A DNA stretch of 63,174 nt from a virus, in IMG/VR virus record IMGVR_UViG_3300045988_076310. The stretch is one strand, 5' to 3'. The position numbers and the translations under genes are program-made. How positions within the stretch are numbered: the stretch's first letter is position 1; the number at the start of each line of letters is the position of its first letter. Positions 63,064 through 63,174 of this stretch are shown here, piece by piece. Below the pieces are notes generated by a model, which saw nothing but the letters and a program-made list of their open reading frames with translations, was not told where the DNA came from and did no database searches.

Positions 63064-63174
63064 GGTTCTATCGAACAAAGAGAAGCTAAGTCTTCTTCTA
63101 GACCAAGTAACTCCTCAGAACCAACTTAAGGATGCTGTGAAAGGTAAAATACCTAAGCACTTTAAGAGGAATAC
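63017..63174 (+). CDS. terL: Terminase large subunit, probable N-terminal part (runs off the window end and continues in frame into 18..1538)
   Basis: ATG at 63017 follows AGGAGGA (63000-63006). There are 52 stop-free codons to the window end, in the same frame as the 18..1538 ORF once the 55-bp duplication is collapsed. Confidence 0.5.
   Translation, partial: MHTQDADVGSLIQKRKVLSNKEKLSLLLDQVTPQNQLKDAVKGKIPKHFKRN
63120..63174. repeat. Terminal direct repeat, right copy
   Basis: Exact 55-bp copy of bases 1-55. Confidence 0.95.

Overview
The window appears to be a complete tailed-phage genome. The first 55 bases are repeated exactly as the last 55, leaving 63,119 unique bp, and the terminase large-subunit ORF runs across that junction. 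The genome is AT-rich, tightly packed, and split into two transcription arms. The arms diverge at 60283..60651 and converge on a bidirectional terminator at 34526..34553.

The rightward arm runs from 60652, across the junction, to 34527. In order it carries:
- a RuvC-like resolvase, tRNA-Cys, a tRNA-like element and an HNH endonuclease
- a possible small terminase, a Mu-F/SPP1 gp7-like protein, TerL and the portal
- protease/scaffold and capsid genes, connector genes and a 451-aa tail protein
- a 1582-aa tape measure, Dit, Tal and two virion-type cell-wall hydrolases
- a fibre, a holin and a CHAP + amidase_2 + SH3b-like endolysin
- seven further fibre/adhesin-like genes after the lysis cassette

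The leftward arm (60282 down to 34554) carries early and replication genes. Recognisable products are a prim-pol/helicase, family A DNA polymerase, PD-(D/E)XK nuclease, Sak4-like ATPase, an SSB candidate, dUTPase, DHFR and an XRE-type HTH protein. The rest are small proteins of unknown function. No integrase is visible. An LPATG-anchored protein and MucBP repeats point to a Gram-positive, probably Lactobacillales-like, host; this is inference.

Most notable observations:
1. A 306-aa LAGLIDADG intein sits exactly at the zinc-ligand Cys of the endolysin amidase domain.
2. The seven-gene post-lysis cluster has shared Cys-rich N-terminal modules and shuffled coiled-coil and C-terminal modules. Cys-rich motifs also recur in other virion proteins.
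3. A 1.1-kb ORF-free region contains long C-free blocks, iterons, a G4 motif and roughly 88-bp degenerate repeats.
4. Six diverged small-protein paralogs lie in tandem.
5. An MSCRAMM-like LPXTG adhesin is embedded in the replication arm.
6. Three copies of a roughly 100-bp GGGG...CCCC-bounded palindromic element sit beside consensus promoters. One of these promoters drives only a roughly 48-nt transcript.

Functional calls rest on motifs read by eye and on gene order. No database search was possible.
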